Assembly (NCBI GenBank): GCA_032718475.1
Contig: JAUCBJ010001925.1
Location: 1 to 36,931 of the forward strand
Direction of reading: 5' to 3'
DNA length: 36,931 bases
Source: Nemertoderma westbladi
Lineage: Eukaryota; Animalia; Xenacoelomorpha
Part shown: piece by piece, positions 34,221 to 36,931 of the stretch
How the letters are laid out: the number at the start of each line of letters is the position of its first letter
Numbering within the stretch: position 1 is the first letter of the stretch
Notes under the pieces: model-generated
The model's database searches: none
Seen by the model: only the letters and a program-made list of their open reading frames with translations
What the model was told of the DNA's origin: nothing
Made by a program: the position numbers and the translations under genes

Positions 34221-34742
34221 GCCCGAGTTTTGAGGGTAATATTTATTCTTGGGCGCAGCCGTTACTTTTAAACGATTAGATTTTACAAATTTAAACATTG
34301 CCATTCATTGTGTTTTCGGAACTAAAATTAAACCATTATCACTAAAGCCATTGTCGATAAATGTGGTTAACCATCAAAAATACACATACGAGTTTATCTT
34401 CCTTCCGTTTTCCTCAAGAATATATGTTTTTAAGAAAAAGGGGGATTTTGAAACTTATTCCAAAAAAATTAAATTAATGAGGGAGATTCGACACAAATAA
34501 CACGTTCGTGGAGCCTTCGCGCAGCACGAGGCTCAGTTATGAAATACAAATGAATTACATATTTTAGGGGTTGAGGCTCATATAGATGTAATTACCCTTT
34601 GCTCTAGCAGTGGTGAAGTAGATTTGACTAGTTTTCCCAGCTAGGCAATAGCAAGCACGCTAGCCCTGCAGGAGTGTGGAGCTGGAAGTATAGGGTGTGG
34701 AGAGACGGTTGCATTTTGATAACTTAATTACGTTATATATTT

Positions 34743-34930
34743 CCAGTTACGAATTTTAGTTCCTGGTTACAAATCTGTGTTCTTGGTTACAAATCAGTAT
34801 ATTTAGTTACATATATGAGCGAGCACCCTGTCGTAACTTGATGTCCCTGGTTATGATTTGTTACAAATAGTTACAAATCTCAGCACCCAGTTACAAATTG
34901 AACTGCCCAGTTCCAAATACATGTAACCAG
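34743..34930. repeat. Dispersed GTTACAAAT-type short repeats
   Basis: About eight GTTAC(A/G)AAT-like units in under 200 bp. Confidence 0.6.
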
Positions 34931-35389
34931 TAATAAATCCAAGCAGCATGTGCAAATCGTAGTACCCATGAGCATATCAGATGTCTATTGTAATAGACAT
35001 TCACATTCATTGAATCCAGGGCAAGAGTCTGTGTTGTATTCTGTGAAAGGAGCTATCAGCTGGGTAAAATGATTATTTACCTTTGGTCAGAGAGAGATCC
35101 CACTCTGTATTAATGTTTGCCTATAGTCTGCATGGAAATCTGACTGAGAGTAATCTTAGCCGTTAAATGTCATTCATCTATAACATATTTTGCAATCAAT
35201 AGTGAGTAACCTGATATAGGTAATAAGCAGTGATTTTTACATTTCAAACTATAATGTTAGCCTATGGAGAATCATGAAGCTGAGTAAACATACAGCCTTT
35301 TAAACATACAGTCTCCATAGTTTAATGTTGGCCAAAAGATTTATAAATAAAACAATTATTATCAGATAAGAGTATCCAACCAGTCATTC

Positions 35390-35625
35390 ATACCAATTCC
35401 ACCATTGCCACTATCATCTGCTGAAGCGAGGGCGAGTCGCCAACCGCCCCCCATGTCCTTAATCAGAACCTCATCAGTATGTCCACCCTGCATTCCGTGC
35501 TCTTGAATACCCACTGCGCTAAGAGAAAGCTTATCTGCCAAGGCAGTCAACTCATCTTGTCGCAGTGGGGACCCAAGTGTTAGGGTATTTACTTGAGGCT
35601 AGTCTAGTGACTTGCCTCAGATTCA
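35390..35625 (-). mobile_element. RTE APE endonuclease N-terminal fragment
   Basis: With one frameshift it reads RLASVNTLTL...ELTALADKLSLSAVGIQEH...GNGGIG. Confidence 0.7.
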
Positions 35626-35822
35626 CCAATGGCTTAGTTGGTCGGGGTGGAACATGAGAGTAGCCTCCAACTCCAGAATCCCCCCCCCCCCCCCCCCCCC
35701 CCCCCCCAGATAGGTATCTGGGAGTGTCTTTGTCGGATACTTGAGCATTCCATGGCCAAAGCCACAGGAGATTTTGTAACGGCAACGTGTGGTGCAGAAC
35801 AGCGAACAGAAGGGCGTCAGTT

Positions 35823-36140
35823 GGCACATCAGCGGGTGTCGAGGCCGCAGTCCATATAATGACTGAGGTGTTTTTGGAAAGCAGTGAATGAAGACGGCTA
35901 GGGGTTCTCCTCGTCGATGCTTCGAATGCCTTTAACTGGTTAAACCAAACAGCTGTGCTATGGAATTGAGCCACGAACATTGTCTGTGAGCCGGGGGTGA
36001 GAGAGGGGCAGGGAGTCGACGGAGCCGCTGGCCTTCGGTGCGACGTGCGCATTCGGGAAGCTCTAAACGGACAGACCCAGGTGTTGATCGATATTAGAGT
36101 ATTAAACCTTGACGCCGGGTCATACGTGGGTCGCTTCCCT
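35823..36140 (+). mobile_element. CRE-like (RLE-type) non-LTR retrotransposon remnant
   Basis: RT-like GVEAAVH...GVLLVDASNAFN is joined to restriction-like endonuclease IVCEP...LRCDVRIR...QVLIDIRVLNLDAGSY. Confidence 0.7.
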
Positions 36141-36203
36141 ATGTCTGTCGATCGGCCAAAGACGATAAGAAGCGGCTCTATTTTGGCACTTAGAAGGATA
36201 AAT

Positions 36204-36603
36204 TTAAGAGTTATCAAAAAAAGAAAGACAGGCATCTGGCTGTTATCTTTGTTGACTTCTTCAAGGCCTTTGATTCAGTCTCTCACTCACGTATGTTCAG
36301 CATACTTTCATTATATGGGATTCCTGATGAAATTATTGCAGCAATCAGATCAGTATACTATGGTTCGACAATATTCGTGTCTACTGTTGACGGTGACACA
36401 GAACCATTTGAAGTGTTATGAGGCGTCCTCCAGGGAGACACACTTGTACCATTATTGTTCCTAATTGTGGTTGATTATGTTCTACGCATGTCCTTAGGGG
36501 TGATGATAACTCCACTTACTGGCTCCAGAAGTCGAGGAAATCCTGCCAAGTACCTAATTGATCTATAGCCTTTGCTGACGACTTAGGAGTACACTCAGAA
36601 TCG
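36204..36603 (+). mobile_element. RTE family A RT fragment
   Basis: VIFVDFFKAFDSVSH...GIP...GVLQGDTL..LLFLIVVDYVL...FADD with an internal stop. Its 3' end overlaps the 5' end of the 33361-34220 copy. Confidence 0.85.
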
Positions 36604-36931
36604 GTTTGCCATTCCACAGGGTGGGTGTCGCAGTGAAGTGCACTCAGAGTGGACATGAGAACACTCTACTCATGACCGGCCATTGGTAGATCACCATCTA
36701 CATTCTTACAATCATGTTTACTTTAGCGTTTCGCGTATATTCTAGAATACCTGCATCAGATAATTATATTATTAGATGTGTTAGAATGTTACAGTTTAAG
36801 AGCAGTATTTAATCTTCTTTTGATCTATTTGGACTACTTTACATGTACTTATGATGATATTCTATACTTCCATAAATTGTGCTTTATTATTATAATATTC
36901 TAATGTATTTCATATGGACTTTGGCTAGAAT

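Larger units (their letters stand above)
32572..34734. repeat. Right arm of 2163-bp inverted duplication
   Basis: Reverse complement of 26394-28556. Confidence 0.97.

Noticed and set aside
26394-34734. Giant DNA transposon (Polinton, Mutator or Foldback) with 2.1-kb TIRs
   Set aside because: The arms contain host exon and old TE fragments, and the spacer has no transposase or polymerase. The only TSD candidate is a 3-bp ATA in AT-rich DNA.
35552-36464. 227-aa and 155-aa ORFs as genes
   Set aside because: They read across a poly-C tract and several unrelated LINE fragments.

Overview
AT-rich, repeat-dense metazoan (probably invertebrate) genomic DNA. There are two minus-strand spliced genes. 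The first is the 5' three coding exons of an ITFG1/TIP/LINKIN orthologue (FG-GAP repeats), which continues off the left edge. The second is a four-exon, 185-aa secreted or membrane-anchored helical orphan gene that the ORF track does not assemble (27971-27899, 25838-25753, 16953-16720, 11594-11430; intron phases 1,0,0). Its size, exon phases and C-terminal helix suggest a long-chain four-helix cytokine, but this is inference only. The promoter and first coding exon of this gene lie in a 2163-bp inverted duplication (26394-28556 / 32572-34734) whose arms match wherever compared. The 4015-bp spacer holds a minimal type I hammerhead ribozyme nested between Pol III box A and box B, followed by a T6 terminator. 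The rest is mostly decayed mobile DNA: a Sola2-like DNA transposon, a hAT MITE, CR1, L2/Crack-like, RTE and CRE-like LINEs, a tRNA-derived SINE, Helentron-like elements (one with a ~146-bp array of CTCF-like sites), and small fold-back elements sharing one conserved asymmetric core motif. All assignments were made by eye, with no database searches.
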